Source: a virus (taxonomy: Duplodnaviria > Caudoviricetes). Taken from it: a stretch of 64,000 bases of DNA. How positions within the stretch are numbered: the stretch's first letter is position 1; each line of letters opens with the position of its first letter. Location of the stretch: IMG/VR virus record IMGVR_UViG_3300011008_000025, positions 1 through 64,000 of that record, one strand, 5' to 3'. This document shows, piece by piece, positions 63,141-64,000 of this stretch. Under the pieces are notes generated by a model. That model did not search any database. It had not been told where the DNA came from and worked only from the letters and a program-made list of their open reading frames with translations. The position numbers and the translations under genes are program-made.

Positions 63141-63511
63141 TAAACCAACCCGGAGGCGTGAACCTCCGGGCGGGCAATTTTACAGCCGATGGCTGCGGAA
63201 GTAATCTACTGCACGAAACAGTAGCTCGACGATTGCGCCGCCGAGTATGTTCATAAGTAAATTATCAACCATCGCGTGCCTCCTTCCCGGCATGTGAGCA
63301 TGCCTTGTTGCACCCTACGCGACTATGGGTGCTGCAGGGACAACACTATCCCGCGGGTCGTTAGCACGGGCGTCATGTGCCTCGGAAGGAGGTTGCGTAA
63401 CTATTGTAGCATATCAACATCTGTTATGTAAGTTATTTTTGATAGAACCCCGCCGGAGACCTGTACCGGCGGGATTTCTATATACATCCTTGCAGAAAGG
63501 AGGAGTTACCG

Positions 63512-64000
63512 ATGGACAAAATTCTTCTGTTCTCCAATAAAGTTTGGATCGCAGAGAATACCTCGAACGGCAATATGGTCGCCAAGTTCTGTATCTGTGA
63601 CTTTGACGTCAATCGCAACGGTGTGCAGCTTAACCGAGACACGATTGAAAACTGGATGCAGTCGATGGTGAACCAGCCGCTTGTAGGCAAAATTAAGAAA
63701 TCCGCCTTTGGTGAGGAGGCAGACTTCACCGGTCATAACATGAAGCGCGTTATGGTGAAGGATGAAGATGGCAACTACACGACCAGCGTCGAGTTTGATA
63801 CGGACGCTCTCGGCGTGTTTACCAGCGTCGACATCGAGACCATTGATGACAAGGAATGCATCGTTGGTACGGCCGAGATCTGGAGCCGTTACCCGCGTGC
63901 TGTGAAGCTGATTCGCGACCGCATTGAAGCTGGCACCCTGAGTACATCCTGGGAGATTTCTGTGAACTCTGCTCGGTCTGAGGACGGCGTGAAAATCGTG
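63512..64000 (+). CDS. prohead protease/scaffold (3' truncated)
   Basis: AAGGAGG RBS; MDKILLFS...NRNG...QPLVG...FTGH...IWSRY...STSWEI protease motifs; runs off the window. Confidence 0.8.
   Translation, partial: MDKILLFSNKVWIAENTSNGNMVAKFCICDFDVNRNGVQLNRDTIENWMQSMVNQPLVGKIKKSAFGEEADFTGHNMKRVMVKDEDGNYTTSVEFDTDALGVFTSVDIETIDDKECIVGTAEIWSRYPRAVKLIRDRIEAGTLSTSWEISVNSARSEDGVKIV

Overview
This window is about 64 kb of a temperate, SPbeta-like dsDNA phage. Strong GGAGG ribosome-binding sites, sigma-A promoters and SLH domains point to a Firmicutes host, probably Clostridia. The attP looks intact (tRNA 3' end core with arm repeats on both sides), so this appears to be the excised or circularly permuted form. 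Layout: end of a probable tail gene and the lysis cassette (1-2458); a type III toxin-antitoxin locus (ToxI-like repeats plus ToxN); attP and integrase; a long leftward arm (3.7-50.7 kb); an AT-rich origin-like switch region (about 51.9-52.3 kb); and a rightward arm. The leftward arm carries nucleotide metabolism genes (dUTPase, ThyX-like, NrdH/NrdD/NrdG plus an FTR-like protein, PhoH, NT5C, guanylate kinase-like), two group I introns with homing endonucleases (in nrdD and phoH), DnaE, a primase-helicase, a radical SAM module, recombination genes, four tRNAs, an MrpR/YopR-like repressor, an orphan MazF, an amidoligase/GATase pair and many small early genes. The rightward arm carries a YonO-like RNA polymerase, HU, another tyrosine recombinase, terminase, portal and the start of the prohead protease. 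Most notable: (1) a ~285-nt tRNA-shaped ncRNA with three T-loop hairpins and no anticodon, directly after the radical SAM/NSSS-motif module; (2) an 11-copy 22-bp operator/promoter element linked to the MrpR-like and mazF genes; (3) probable ATT start codons on both core replisome genes; (4) a ToxI array beside a ToxN that may carry an internal deletion. All protein calls come from motif recognition and recall; no database searches were run.
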